From Gemmatimonadota bacterium (GTDB taxonomy: Bacteria > Gemmatimonadota > Gemmatimonadetes > Gemmatimonadales > GWC2-71-9): a stretch of DNA of 64,000 nucleotides. This document shows, one piece after another, positions 44,747 through 53,859 of this stretch. Below the pieces are notes generated by a model. That model worked only from the letters and a program-made list of their open reading frames with translations, was not told the origin of the DNA and did no database searches. A program made the translations under genes and the position numbers. Location of the stretch: contig JAPULZ010000056.1 of NCBI GenBank assembly GCA_027294455.1, forward strand, positions 27,854 through 91,853. The letters run 5' to 3'. Each line of letters starts with the position of its first letter. Within the stretch, counting starts at the first letter, position 1.

Positions 44747-46312
44747 CTACTCATTGTTGATGATCTCACGCAATACTTCCGCCGCGCGAGGACTCCGCGT
44801 CTGGCCCAGCCAGAAGATCGCCTTGCCGCGCAACTCCGGGTCCCGCTCGGTGCGCACGATGGCGATGAGCTGATCCACGGCCACGCTGTCCCGGCCACGC
44901 TGCCCGTAGACCGCGATCAGTTGCTCTTTCATCTCCGGTTCGGATACCTGGTCGTAGAGATCGTAGATCGGCAGGTCCACCCCCTGCATCTGGCCCACCC
45001 AGAAGAGAGCGCGCGCGCGCGCGCGTATGTCCTCGCCGCTGTCCATCGCGATCCCCAGGAGGAACTGTGCGTTCTCTTCGTTGCGGGTCTGCGACAATGC
45101 CAGCAGCGTGCGCTCCTTCAACACGCTGTCGCTGAGCTCGGCGTAGAGCTCTCGGAGGAAAGACCCGTTGTCGGCGCCCCGCCGCTGTCCCAACCACATG
45201 ATCACGTGCGCGCGGTTGTCGACTGAGACATCACTTCGACGGGCATAGCTCCGGAGAATCTCTCCGGCCCGGTCGCTCCTATGCTGCGAGAGGGCCAAGA
45301 TCGCCTTCTCCTGCAGCGACTCTTCAGTGGCGAACTCGAGAATGGAGTCCAGCGCGGCGACGGCGCGGTCGGTGCGGACCATCGACAACCACTGCACCGC
45401 CTGCTCCCGCACGCCGAGATCGGGATCGTTGCGGGCCACGTCGAGGAGCATGTCTTCGCGCCCGTCGGTACGCTTCTGTGCCAGGATCAAGAGCGCGCGC
45501 TTGCGCATCTCGCTGCGGCTGGAATCCCGATTCGCCAGCACTTCCCGCAGGATGGGCACGGCGTTCTCGGCATCCATCTGGTACAGGGCGTTCAACGCCT
45601 GCATCCGGATGTCGTCTTCGTCTCTCCTCTGTAGGAGGACACCGCCGCCCAGCGCCAGTCTACCGCCCAGCGCGATCTGCTGGGCTCGTCGTCCCACCAG
45701 TTGGGCCACCTGGTCTACCTGGAGGCCGATCCGATCGACCGCCAGCTGGTTCGCCTGCAGAGAGACGGCCGCCGCCGCCTCCGAATCCCCCAGCCGCGCC
45801 AGGTAGCCTTGGATCCGTGCGTAGAGCGTCTCGGCATCCCGATTGACATCGCCGCCGGCCGGTCCGTAGCGATCCCGGAACTCATCCAGCAGCTCCAGTG
45901 CTGTGCGGTACGACCGCTCGTTGCGCAGCCGCGACAGAGCGAACGCTTCGTAATACATCGCCTGCGGGAGATAGCGGGATTCTTCGTTGTCACGACGAAG
46001 CTGGCGGAACAAATCGATAGCAGGCTGCAGATTGCCCCGGTTGAATTCCTCCCGCGCACGCCGATAGAGCGCGTCGGCGGTGTCCTGCGGAAACCACTCG
46101 TCCGCTGGACGCCTCGCGGTCGTCGCGAGCCGCGTGTTCACCAACGAGGTCTGCAACGCCACCGCCGGCGTCAGGACGGGCTGCAGCGCCCAGCCGTATG
46201 CCACGACCAGATCCAGATTCGGCCGCAGCGAATCCACTCGCTCCTGGGCGTCAGCGACTCCGGTCCCGACGACGACCGCCAGCGCAATCACAGTGGAATA
46301 TCTCCGCAACAT
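44747..46312 (-). CDS. Secreted HEAT/TPR-like repeat protein
   Basis: Signal peptide MLRRYSTVIALAVVVGTGVADA. The C-terminal two thirds carry repeated …R..A…L… HEAT-like units (e.g. VREQAVQWLS, LQEKAILALS, LKERTLLALS, LRGKAIFWLG). ATG 46312 overlaps the upstream stop (TGATG). Confidence 0.65.
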   Translation of the reverse strand: MLRRYSTVIALAVVVGTGVADAQERVDSLRPNLDLVVAYGWALQPVLTPAVALQTSLVNTRLATTARRPADEWFPQDTADALYRRAREEFNRGNLQPAIDLFRQLRRDNEESRYLPQAMYYEAFALSRLRNERSYRTALELLDEFRDRYGPAGGDVNRDAETLYARIQGYLARLGDSEAAAAVSLQANQLAVDRIGLQVDQVAQLVGRRAQQIALGGRLALGGGVLLQRRDEDDIRMQALNALYQMDAENAVPILREVLANRDSSRSEMRKRALLILAQKRTDGREDMLLDVARNDPDLGVREQAVQWLSMVRTDRAVAALDSILEFATEESLQEKAILALSQHRSDRAGEILRSYARRSDVSVDNRAHVIMWLGQRRGADNGSFLRELYAELSDSVLKERTLLALSQTRNEENAQFLLGIAMDSGEDIRARARALFWVGQMQGVDLPIYDLYDQVSEPEMKEQLIAVYGQRGRDSVAVDQLIAIVRTERDPELRGKAIFWLGQTRSPRAAEVLREIINNE

Positions 46313-46965
46313 CACAGTGCTCCTTCCGCAAATATGAGGTGGGCGTCGGCGGTCAACGCGGCTTGCAGCCGATGCTGGACGCCACGCGCTTCCAGTCCCT
46401 GTTCGATCAAATCGAGCTCGTCGATGCTCCGGTTGGACGCATACTGGCTGATCTGCACGAGAATCAGTTCCAGATCTTCGAACAGCTCGCGCAAGATCGG
46501 ATCTCGGGCGATGGGGGAGTCCATCATGAGGCGGGCCGTCGCAAGCAGGTCGCGCGCCCACGCCATCACTTCTGCGTCGGCCTGCCCGATCCTGGCCTCC
46601 GTCCTGAAGAGCGACAAGAACGCATCCGTACGCGCCAGGTAGTCGGCGGCGAAGACCCGGAACGCCAGGGGCGTCTCGTCGATTCCGTCTTCGTCCGCCG
46701 GCTCGGCGGCGGCGGTAGTGCTCGCGGTGTCCGACGCGCCGGGGGCCGTGACCCGTCCGAGGCCTACTCCCACCGCGAGCACCGCCGCGGCCACGAGGCC
46801 CCAAGCCCCCCAAGGTCGTGCTTGCCGTTCGAGGTCCCGCTCCCCACCGCGTTTCGCGCGCGCCGCGTCGATACGCGACCAGATTTCCTCCCGGGGCGTT
46901 TCGGGCGGATGACGATAATCCGCCGCCGTCTCCTTCAGAAATTCTTCAAACTGTTGGTCCGTCAT
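46312..46965 (-). CDS. Putative anti-sigma factor (single TM)
   Basis: ATG 46965 overlaps the sigma gene stop (ATGA). A short cytoplasmic N-domain is followed by the TM helix WGAWGLVAAAVLAVGVGLG and a periplasmic helical domain. Confidence 0.55.
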   Translation of the reverse strand: MTDQQFEEFLKETAADYRHPPETPREEIWSRIDAARAKRGGERDLERQARPWGAWGLVAAAVLAVGVGLGRVTAPGASDTASTTAAAEPADEDGIDETPLAFRVFAADYLARTDAFLSLFRTEARIGQADAEVMAWARDLLATARLMMDSPIARDPILRELFEDLELILVQISQYASNRSIDELDLIEQGLEARGVQHRLQAALTADAHLIFAEGAL

Positions 46966-47507
46966 GAAACCCACTCCTGTACAAACTCAGCCAGGGATTC
47001 CCGCAGCTTGGCCCGCGCCCTCGACAACTGCGCCTTCGAAGTCCCGATCTGTAACCCCAACGTCTCGGCGATCTCGCGATGCTTGAAACCCTCGACGTCG
47101 TGCATGACGAAGACCAACCTATACTTGTCGGGCAAGTCGTCGATGGCTTCGCGAAGCCGCTCCTTGAGGTCGGGCTCGGCCTGGCGCACCCGGTCCCCGA
47201 CCGTGCGCGCCTCGCCGAGATCGATCTCCCTCGTGCGAAATCGCTTGACCTTGCGAAGCGTGTTCAGCGCGACGGTCGTGCCGATGGAGTGGAGCCAGGT
47301 GCCAAATGCCGCCTCGCCACGGAAATCAACGATCCGATCGAACGCCCGGATGAACGTGTCCTGCGTGATGTCCTGGGCCAGGACGTCGTCCCCGGAGATC
47401 CGGTACGCCAGGCGATACACCCGATCGACATGGGTGTCATACAGCTCACGTTCTGCGACGGCATCCCCACTGCGGACCCGGGCGATCAAATCTCGCTCGT
47501 CCACCAC
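46962..47507 (-). CDS. ECF-type RNA polymerase sigma factor
   Basis: Region 2 is ERELYDTHVDRVYRLAYRISGDDVLAQDITQDTFIRAF. Region 4 is VFVMHDVEGFKHREIAETLGLQIGTSKAQLSRAR. Confidence 0.9.
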   Translation of the reverse strand: MVDERDLIARVRSGDAVAERELYDTHVDRVYRLAYRISGDDVLAQDITQDTFIRAFDRIVDFRGEAAFGTWLHSIGTTVALNTLRKVKRFRTREIDLGEARTVGDRVRQAEPDLKERLREAIDDLPDKYRLVFVMHDVEGFKHREIAETLGLQIGTSKAQLSRARAKLRESLAEFVQEWVS

Positions 47508-47602
47508 ACTCCAGGGCTATTGGAGGCTCAACGCGCGTTGGTCTGGATGTATGACACATGAAGGGGGGAGAGGGTTGCAAAGGGAGGGGAACTGCGATTC
47601 TA

Positions 47603-47732
47603 GAACCGCTCATTCTAGATTCTAGATTGGTGACTCTAGATTGCAGATTGGATTTTTTGATGGGGTGTGGCGCTGCAACTTCCAACCAATGGAATCAAAG
47701 ATCTCGAATCACCAATCTAGAATGAGCGGTTC
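47603..47732. repeat. Long-range inverted repeat (24-bp arms) in an AT-rich, TCTAGA-dense intergenic patch
   Basis: Arm 1 (47603-47633) is gaaccgctcattctaga[ttctaga]ttggtga. Arm 2 (47709-47732) is tcaccaatctagaatgagcggttc, the exact reverse complement apart from the 7-nt duplication. TCTAGA occurs at 47599, 47614, 47621, 47635 and 47716. Confidence 0.75.
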
Positions 47733-47734
47733 AC

Positions 47735-49510
47735 CTAATGCCCCGCCGCCCCTGCGTCGCTCTGCCGATAATCCGGCGCCCCTAGGCGATCCCCCGTGAC
47801 CGGGTCGATCATGATGGAATGAATGCTGCCCTGCCGGCCGCGCACCTGCACCACGTGGCCCATCGCCCGCAACTGCCCCACCGTCTCGGCCGAAACGCCT
47901 CCGGCTTCGATCCGCAGGTTGTCCGGCAACCATTGATGGTGCAGGCGCCTGGCGTCCACGGCTTCCTGGATCCCCATGTCGAACTCCATGACGTTGAGGG
48001 CCACTTGGAGAACGGTGTTGATGATCGTGCGCCCGCCGGGACTGCCTATGACGGCGACGAGTCGGCCGTCCCGCGCGAGGATCGTGGGTGTCATGCTCGA
48101 GAGCATGCGTTGCTCGGGACGGGCGAGGTTGGGCTCCGTCCCGATGAGCCCGCCCGACGTGGTGAGCCCGCGTTGGGGGTTGAAGTCACCCATCTCGTTA
48201 TTCAGGAGAAACCCCGCCCCCGGCACGACAATCCCCGAGCCGTACCCCTGCTCCAGGGTGTACGTCACCGACACTGCCATCCCGTCGGCATCGACCACGG
48301 AGTAGTGCGTGGTCTGGTCACTCTCGTGCGGAACGCTCACGTCCGCCGGATCCGAGTGGCCCGCCATGGCGGGATTGATGGATTGCCGCAGCTCGGCGGC
48401 GTATTCCTTGCTCGTCAAACGATCGACCGGGACCTCGACGAAGTCCTGGTCGGCGAGCAACAACGCCCGGTCCCGGTAGGCGCGGCGCATGGCTTCGGTG
48501 ACATGGTGAATGTAGGCAGCCGAGTTGTGGCCCATGGACCTGAGGTCATATCCCTCCAGGACGTTGAGCATCTGCACCAGCGCCGGTCCGCCGCTGCTCG
48601 GCGGGGGCATACTGATGATCTCGTAACCGCGAAACGTCCCCCGGATCGGCGTGCGCTCTATCGCTTCATATCGCGCCAGGTCTTCCTCGGTGATCAAGCC
48701 GCCGCCCCGACGCATCTCGGCGGCGAGCAACCGGGCGGTCTCCCCCCGGTAGAAACCCTTCCGACCCTCGCGCATGATGCGCTCCAAGGTGCGGGCCAGA
48801 TCGGGTTGGCGTAGCACCTCGCCGGGGAGATACTCCTCGCCGTCCCGCGTGAACGCATCGACCGTCGCCGGATACCGGGACAACCGCTGAACCACACCGC
48901 GGAGCGAGCGCGCCAGATTCCCGGTGAGCACGAACCCTTCCGCGGCCAGGTCGACCGCGGGCCCCACCAACCGCGCCCACGGCAACTTCCCGTAGCGCTC
49001 GTGTGCTTTCGCAAACCCGGCCACGGTGCCGGGAACACCCACCGCCAGATGGCTGTTGTGGTGCAGCGTCGACGAATAAGTGCCGTTTTCATCCAGAAAC
49101 ATGTCGGCGTTGGCCGCGAGGGGGGCCTTCTCGCGGAAGTCGATGGCGGTCGCCCTACCATCCGGCAACCGGACGACCATGAACCCTCCGCCTCCGATGT
49201 TTCCGGCGCCCGGATGTGTCACGGCAAGGGCGAAGCCGGTGGCGATGGCGGCGTCGATGGCATTGCCGCCGGCGCGCAGCACGTCCCGCCCCACTTGACT
49301 GGCCCGCATGTCCGCCGACACGACCATGCCGGCGGCGGCCCGTATGGGGGGTCGAGAAACGACCCGCTCCGCGGCCATGGGTGCCAGCGAGGCCGGTTGC
49401 GGCCCTTGGCACGCGACGACGAGCGTGACGACAACGAGGCAAACAAGACGCCGAAGCAAATTGGGTCTGACCATGAGACCGAAACCGTGGGTTCGAGATA
49501 GCAGAGTCAT
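47735..49510 (-). CDS. ggt: Gamma-glutamyltranspeptidase
   Basis: GGNAIDAA, the autoprocessing-site block SDQTTHYSVVD, and GSPGG…II motifs. A signal peptide is present. Confidence 0.95.
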   Translation of the reverse strand: MTLLSRTHGFGLMVRPNLLRRLVCLVVVTLVVACQGPQPASLAPMAAERVVSRPPIRAAAGMVVSADMRASQVGRDVLRAGGNAIDAAIATGFALAVTHPGAGNIGGGGFMVVRLPDGRATAIDFREKAPLAANADMFLDENGTYSSTLHHNSHLAVGVPGTVAGFAKAHERYGKLPWARLVGPAVDLAAEGFVLTGNLARSLRGVVQRLSRYPATVDAFTRDGEEYLPGEVLRQPDLARTLERIMREGRKGFYRGETARLLAAEMRRGGGLITEEDLARYEAIERTPIRGTFRGYEIISMPPPSSGGPALVQMLNVLEGYDLRSMGHNSAAYIHHVTEAMRRAYRDRALLLADQDFVEVPVDRLTSKEYAAELRQSINPAMAGHSDPADVSVPHESDQTTHYSVVDADGMAVSVTYTLEQGYGSGIVVPGAGFLLNNEMGDFNPQRGLTTSGGLIGTEPNLARPEQRMLSSMTPTILARDGRLVAVIGSPGGRTIINTVLQVALNVMEFDMGIQEAVDARRLHHQWLPDNLRIEAGGVSAETVGQLRAMGHVVQVRGRQGSIHSIMIDPVTGDRLGAPDYRQSDAGAAGH

Positions 49511-50307
49511 AACTGCTGAATCACACCGCGCACCAGGGCCTCCAGGTCACCCCGCACCTCGCGGCTGGCCGCGAGGACGTCGTCGTGACTGAGTGGGCCC
49601 GGCCCCATGCCCGCGACGACGTTGGAAACCGTCGAGATGCCGAGGACACGCATCCCATTGGCCCGGGCGGCGATGACTTCGGGGACCGTGGACATTCCCA
49701 CGGCGTCGGCACCCATCCGCTCGAGCATCCGGATTTCTGCCACCGTTTCATAGGCCGGCCCCAGCACCCCGGCATACACGCCCTCGTGGATGGTGATCCC
49801 CGCCGCGAGGGCCGTCTGCCGGGCGAGGGATCGCAACTCGCCGTCGTAGGGTTCGGACATGTCCGGGAAACGCTCCTCCACGCCGACGATGGCACCCTGA
49901 AGCGGGCTTCTCCACATCAGATTGATGTGGTCGGCAATCAACATCAAGACGGGCGGCGTAAACGTGCGACGGATCCCCCCGGCGGCGTTCGTGACGATCA
50001 CCGTCTTGGCACCGAGTGCCGCGAACGTGCGCACCGGCAGGATCACCGTCGCCGGATCGTGCCCCTCGTACAGATGGAATCGACCGCTCTGGAGCATCAC
50101 AGGCACACCACCGAGCCGGCCAAACACAAAGACGCCCTGGTGCCCAGCCACCCCGGGGTCGGGAAATCCGGGAACCTCGCCGTACGGAACCGTCACCGGT
50201 GACTCCAGCGCGTCGGCCAGCGCTCCGAGACCCGAGCCGAGCACGATGGCAATCTCGGGAACGTCGGGTCCGATCCGCGAGACCAGCGCTTGCGCCGCGG
50301 CGATCAC
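49507..50307 (-). CDS. punA: Purine nucleoside phosphorylase (PNP family 2, PunA-like)
   Basis: AIVLGSGLG, GH.G.FVFG.L.G..V…QGRFH.YEG, NAAGG and GMSTVPE motifs. GTG 50307 overlaps the nupC stop (GTGA) and gives a typical 266 aa. Confidence 0.85.
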   Translation of the reverse strand: MIAAAQALVSRIGPDVPEIAIVLGSGLGALADALESPVTVPYGEVPGFPDPGVAGHQGVFVFGRLGGVPVMLQSGRFHLYEGHDPATVILPVRTFAALGAKTVIVTNAAGGIRRTFTPPVLMLIADHINLMWRSPLQGAIVGVEERFPDMSEPYDGELRSLARQTALAAGITIHEGVYAGVLGPAYETVAEIRMLERMGADAVGMSTVPEVIAARANGMRVLGISTVSNVVAGMGPGPLSHDDVLAASREVRGDLEALVRGVIQQL

Positions 50308-51671
50308 AGCAACAGCCCGGCCAGACTCGCGGACATGAGCGCCGCGAGGTTGCCGCCGATCATTGCCTTCACCCCCAACCGCGCCAGATCCCCCCTTCGC
50401 TCTGGCGCGATTCCACCGATGCCGCCAATCTGAATGGCGATCGACGGAATGTTCGCGAAGCCGAGCAGCGCGTACGTGGCGATGACGGCTCCACGGGGTG
50501 AAAGGCTCCCGCCCACCTCCATCATTCCCGAGAGCTGGAGATACGCCACGAATTCGGTGGCCACGACCTTCACGCCCACGAGACTGCCCACGATCGTCGC
50601 ATCTCCCCAAGACAACCCCATCAACCAGATCACGGGAGCGAGGATCCATCCAAAGATTGATTGCAGTGTCAGGTCGTCCGCACCAACCAAACCGCCGGCC
50701 GCACCGACCACGAAGTTCAGCAACGCCAGCAATGCCACGAACGCGAGGAGCATGGCACCCACGTTGAGCGCAAGCTGCATGCCCTGCGATGCTCCCGTGG
50801 CGGCCGCGTCGATCACGTTGGCTTCGTTACGTTCGATGTCGCCCGCCAGACCGCCGCTGGTCTCGGGCTCGCCGGTCTCGGGAACCAGCAACTTCGAAAT
50901 GACCAGCGCAGCCGGGGCATTCATGACACTTGCCGTGAGCAGATGGCCGGCGATGTCCGGAAAGTACGGCGACAGCATGCCGACATAGGCCGCCATCACG
51001 CCGCCGGCAATGGTGGCGAACCCTCCGACCATGACGGTATTCAGCTCGGAGAGCGTGAGCCGGCCGATGAAGGGTTTGATCATGAGCGGCGCCTCAGTCA
51101 TCCCGACGAAGATGTTGCCGGCGACGCACAACGTCTCCGCACCGGACGTGCGCAACGTGCGGCGCATCGCCCAGGCGATGCCCCCCACGATCCGCTGCAG
51201 GATGCCGAGATGGTACAACACGGACGTCAGGGCCGAGAAGAAAATGATGGTGGGCAACACGAAGAAGGCGAAATACGCCCCGGTGTTGGCCCACGCGGCG
51301 CCGGCGTCTATCAGGGCCATGTCCGCAGGTTGGCCTAGCGACTGGCCCACCGGGACGTTGTTCTTCACGAGATTGCCGAAGATGAACCGCGCGCCGACTT
51401 CCGTGAATCCCAGCAATTGGGCGAACACGCGGTTCGCCCCTTGGAACATGACCCGCCCGAACGCGGTCTTGAGCACCACGAAGCCGAAGATCGCCTGCAT
51501 CGTGACCCCGAATCCCACCAGGCGCCACGGTACCCTGGCCCGGTCGGACGACAGGAACCAGGCGATGCCGATCATGGTCGCCATCCCGACGATGCCCATC
51601 AAGCGTTGCGCCGCGGGCACGCTCCAAGTCGTCGGGTCGGCGACCAGCTGCTCCAACGCCAGCGTGGTCAT
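50304..51671 (-). CDS. nupC: NupC-family concentrative nucleoside transporter
   Basis: A polytopic protein with the conserved blocks GTSFVFG-like ARFIFGNL, ESLNVAGNIFVG-like ETLCVAGNIFVGMTEAPL and GFANxxSIGI-like GFANIPSIAIQIGG. Confidence 0.9.
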   Translation of the reverse strand: MTTLALEQLVADPTTWSVPAAQRLMGIVGMATMIGIAWFLSSDRARVPWRLVGFGVTMQAIFGFVVLKTAFGRVMFQGANRVFAQLLGFTEVGARFIFGNLVKNNVPVGQSLGQPADMALIDAGAAWANTGAYFAFFVLPTIIFFSALTSVLYHLGILQRIVGGIAWAMRRTLRTSGAETLCVAGNIFVGMTEAPLMIKPFIGRLTLSELNTVMVGGFATIAGGVMAAYVGMLSPYFPDIAGHLLTASVMNAPAALVISKLLVPETGEPETSGGLAGDIERNEANVIDAAATGASQGMQLALNVGAMLLAFVALLALLNFVVGAAGGLVGADDLTLQSIFGWILAPVIWLMGLSWGDATIVGSLVGVKVVATEFVAYLQLSGMMEVGGSLSPRGAVIATYALLGFANIPSIAIQIGGIGGIAPERRGDLARLGVKAMIGGNLAALMSASLAGLLL

Positions 51672-52693
51672 GTGATCTCCTGAAGCTCTCGGGTCACGCG
51701 TGCCATGAGGGCAGTTTTCTCATCATCCGGCAAGAACGCGCTTGCGAATCCGTTCAGAATCAACCGGTCCAACTCGCTGCGTGAAAAACCCAGTGCAGTG
51801 TGCGCCAGCCAGTATTCATCGGTGAGCGACACACCGTCCATCAGCCGGCTGTCGGTGTTCAAGGTGACGACGCATCCGCGGTCGAAATACCGACGAAGGG
51901 GGTGCGAGGCGACGTCGGTGACGGTCCGGGTATGCAGGTTGGACGACAGGCACATTTCCAGCGGAATCCCCTCCTCGCACACCTGCCGCTCGAGCGTCGC
52001 GTCCTCATGAATCCGCGTGCCGTGCCCGATGCGTTGGGCTCCGCAATCGTGCAGCGCTTGGCGCACCGAGTCCGGGCCGTCGCCCTCCCCCGCATGACAT
52101 GTGCAGTGCACTCCGTGTCGAGCGGCGTGGGCAAAGGCGGCCGCGTGGTCCCGGGCCGGATGATGGCGCTCCGCCCCGCCCAGGTCGAATGCGACCGAAC
52201 CCTCCTCCCGATAATCCACGGCCAGATGGGCGAGGTCGCTGGACACCGAGGGCGCCATGGTCCGCAGCGCTGTGACGATGAGTGTCGCCCTTGTGCCGGT
52301 CTCGGCCTCGGCGCGGCGGAGTCCGACGAGCACGGCCTCCATCACCTGAGACAGCCGCAGCGAGGCCGTATGCAGTGCCGGACAGAAGCGAACCTCGACG
52401 TACCGAACGTTCTCCAGGGATGCATCGTGGACGAACTCGTAGGAGATCCGCTCGAGCGCTACATCGGTCTGCATGAGCGCGACCGTGTAGGTGTAGCGAT
52501 CGAGATACTCCTCCAGGTTTTTGGCGTTGCGGACGAACATGGCATCCGCCAGCGATCGCGGGTCCCCGCCGGGTAACCTGACGCCCGCTGTCTGCGCGAG
52601 CTCGATCATTGTTTGAGGCCGCAGACACCCGTCGAGGTGCACGTGGAGCTCCGCCTTCGGCAAACGCCGGATCACGTCCTTGGTCAGCGTCAC
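51668..52693 (-). CDS. add: Adenosine deaminase
   Basis: LPKAELHVHLDG, HAGE and TLNTDSRL (catalytic Asp) motifs. The start overlaps the upstream small ORF's stop. Confidence 0.9.
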   Translation of the reverse strand: MTLTKDVIRRLPKAELHVHLDGCLRPQTMIELAQTAGVRLPGGDPRSLADAMFVRNAKNLEEYLDRYTYTVALMQTDVALERISYEFVHDASLENVRYVEVRFCPALHTASLRLSQVMEAVLVGLRRAEAETGTRATLIVTALRTMAPSVSSDLAHLAVDYREEGSVAFDLGGAERHHPARDHAAAFAHAARHGVHCTCHAGEGDGPDSVRQALHDCGAQRIGHGTRIHEDATLERQVCEEGIPLEMCLSSNLHTRTVTDVASHPLRRYFDRGCVVTLNTDSRLMDGVSLTDEYWLAHTALGFSRSELDRLILNGFASAFLPDDEKTALMARVTRELQEIT

Positions 52694-52911
52694 CGCCGCT
52701 GCTCCGGTCGGCGGGCGCTCTTGATCACTCGGATGATGGCCCCCTCCGCCACGATGGACGCGGGGTCGAGTTCGCGGCCCACGCCATCGGTCGCGTAGGC
52801 GGCGCCTGCGTCCAGTGCTGCACCGAGCGCCACGTCAAACGATTGGACGGCCTGACGCACCGACACGCCGGGTGAGACCACTAACGGCCTTTCATCAATG
52901 AAGACCTTCAA
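52690..52911 (-). CDS. Small hypothetical protein (about 73 aa), possibly with a beta-grasp-like fold
   Basis: The frame is open between deoC and add, and its stop overlaps the add start codon by 4 nt. The only plausible start is TTG 52911 (KVFIDERPLVVSPGVSVRQAV…AEGAIIRV). There are no Cys residues and no recognised family. Confidence 0.35.
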   Translation of the reverse strand: MKVFIDERPLVVSPGVSVRQAVQSFDVALGAALDAGAAYATDGVGRELDPASIVAEGAIIRVIKSARRPEQRR

Positions 52912-53563
52912 GACCCTCCAGGATGGACACACCGGACGATGTGCCGATTCGGCTCGCACCGGCCGTGATCATGCGCAGCGCGGTGGCGCCATCACGAATG
53001 CCGCCCGAAGCCTTGACACCCATCGCGTCTCCCACGACGGTGCGCATCAACCGGACCGCATCGACGGTGGCACCACCCGCAGAATGAAAGCCCGTCGACG
53101 TCTTGACGAACCGCGCCCCCGACTCCCGCGCCACCACCGACCCCTGGATGATCTCCACCGGCAGCAGGGCCGCCGTTTCCAAAATGACCTTGACCGGCCG
53201 CCCCGAGGCCGCCTGCACAACCGCCGTCATGTCGTCCTCGACGTAGGTCCACGCGCCGTCCTTCATGGCACCAATGGATGCGACCATGTCCAGTTCATCG
53301 GCGCCGGCCTCCACCAGCCTGGAGGCTTCGAAGGCCTTCGCCGCCGACGGCATCGCGCCCAACGGGAAACCCACCACTGCGGCGATTTTCACCTCGCTCC
53401 CGCGCAGGCGGGAAACGCAACGACCGACCCACATCCCGTTGACGCACACCGCCGCGAAGCGGTGGCGCCGCGCTTCGGTGCACAGGCGATCGATTTCGCC
53501 GCAGGTCGCGTCGGCCCGCAGCAGCGTGTGATCCACATACGATGCCATGCGAGAGGGGGTCAC
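52895..53563 (-). CDS. deoC: Deoxyribose-phosphate aldolase
   Basis: VDHTLL, AAVCVN, VVGFPLG, VKVILET and FVKTSTGF (Schiff-base Lys) motifs. Confidence 0.9.
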   Translation of the reverse strand: MTPSRMASYVDHTLLRADATCGEIDRLCTEARRHRFAAVCVNGMWVGRCVSRLRGSEVKIAAVVGFPLGAMPSAAKAFEASRLVEAGADELDMVASIGAMKDGAWTYVEDDMTAVVQAASGRPVKVILETAALLPVEIIQGSVVARESGARFVKTSTGFHSAGGATVDAVRLMRTVVGDAMGVKASGGIRDGATALRMITAGASRIGTSSGVSILEGLEGLH

Positions 53564-53835
53564 CCCTCGATATCCACCTGGTCGATGATGCCGACGATCA
53601 CTACCTGGACCGGGATCTTCTCATCGTCGAAGATCTTGCGGGCCGAACTGCCCTCCTGCACCACGAGGACGCGGTCTCCCACCCCCGCGGACACCACATC
53701 GAGGGCAATGACCTCCATGGATCCGTCGGATGCCCCGTCGAGCCCGAGGCGCTGCACCAACAGGAGCTTCTTCCCTGCGAGACGTGCGTTCTTGTGCGTG
53801 GAGACCACGTCGCCGACAACTTCAGCGAGATACAT
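53560..53835 (-). CDS. EutN/CcmL-family microcompartment vertex protein (BMC-P)
   Basis: MYLAEVVGDVVSTHKN..L.GKKLLLVQ…VIALDVVSAGVGDRVLVVQEGSSAR…PVQVVIVGIIDQV aligns along its whole length with E. coli EutN as I recall it (MKLAVVTGQIVCTV…LLMVE…AIDNIGAGTGEWVLLVSGSSAR…PVDLCVIGIVDEV). Confidence 0.85.
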   Translation of the reverse strand: MYLAEVVGDVVSTHKNARLAGKKLLLVQRLGLDGASDGSMEVIALDVVSAGVGDRVLVVQEGSSARKIFDDEKIPVQVVIVGIIDQVDIEG

Positions 53836-53859
53836 GGGTGATCCACCGGCGATTGTGGT

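Noticed and set aside
45009-45023. A (GC)7.5 dinucleotide run inside the HEAT-repeat gene, considered as a possible slipped-strand phase-variation tract or Z-DNA former.
   Set aside because: It encodes an in-frame ARARARA segment and is short. Nothing else suggests contingency-locus behaviour. It is most likely a compositional accident.
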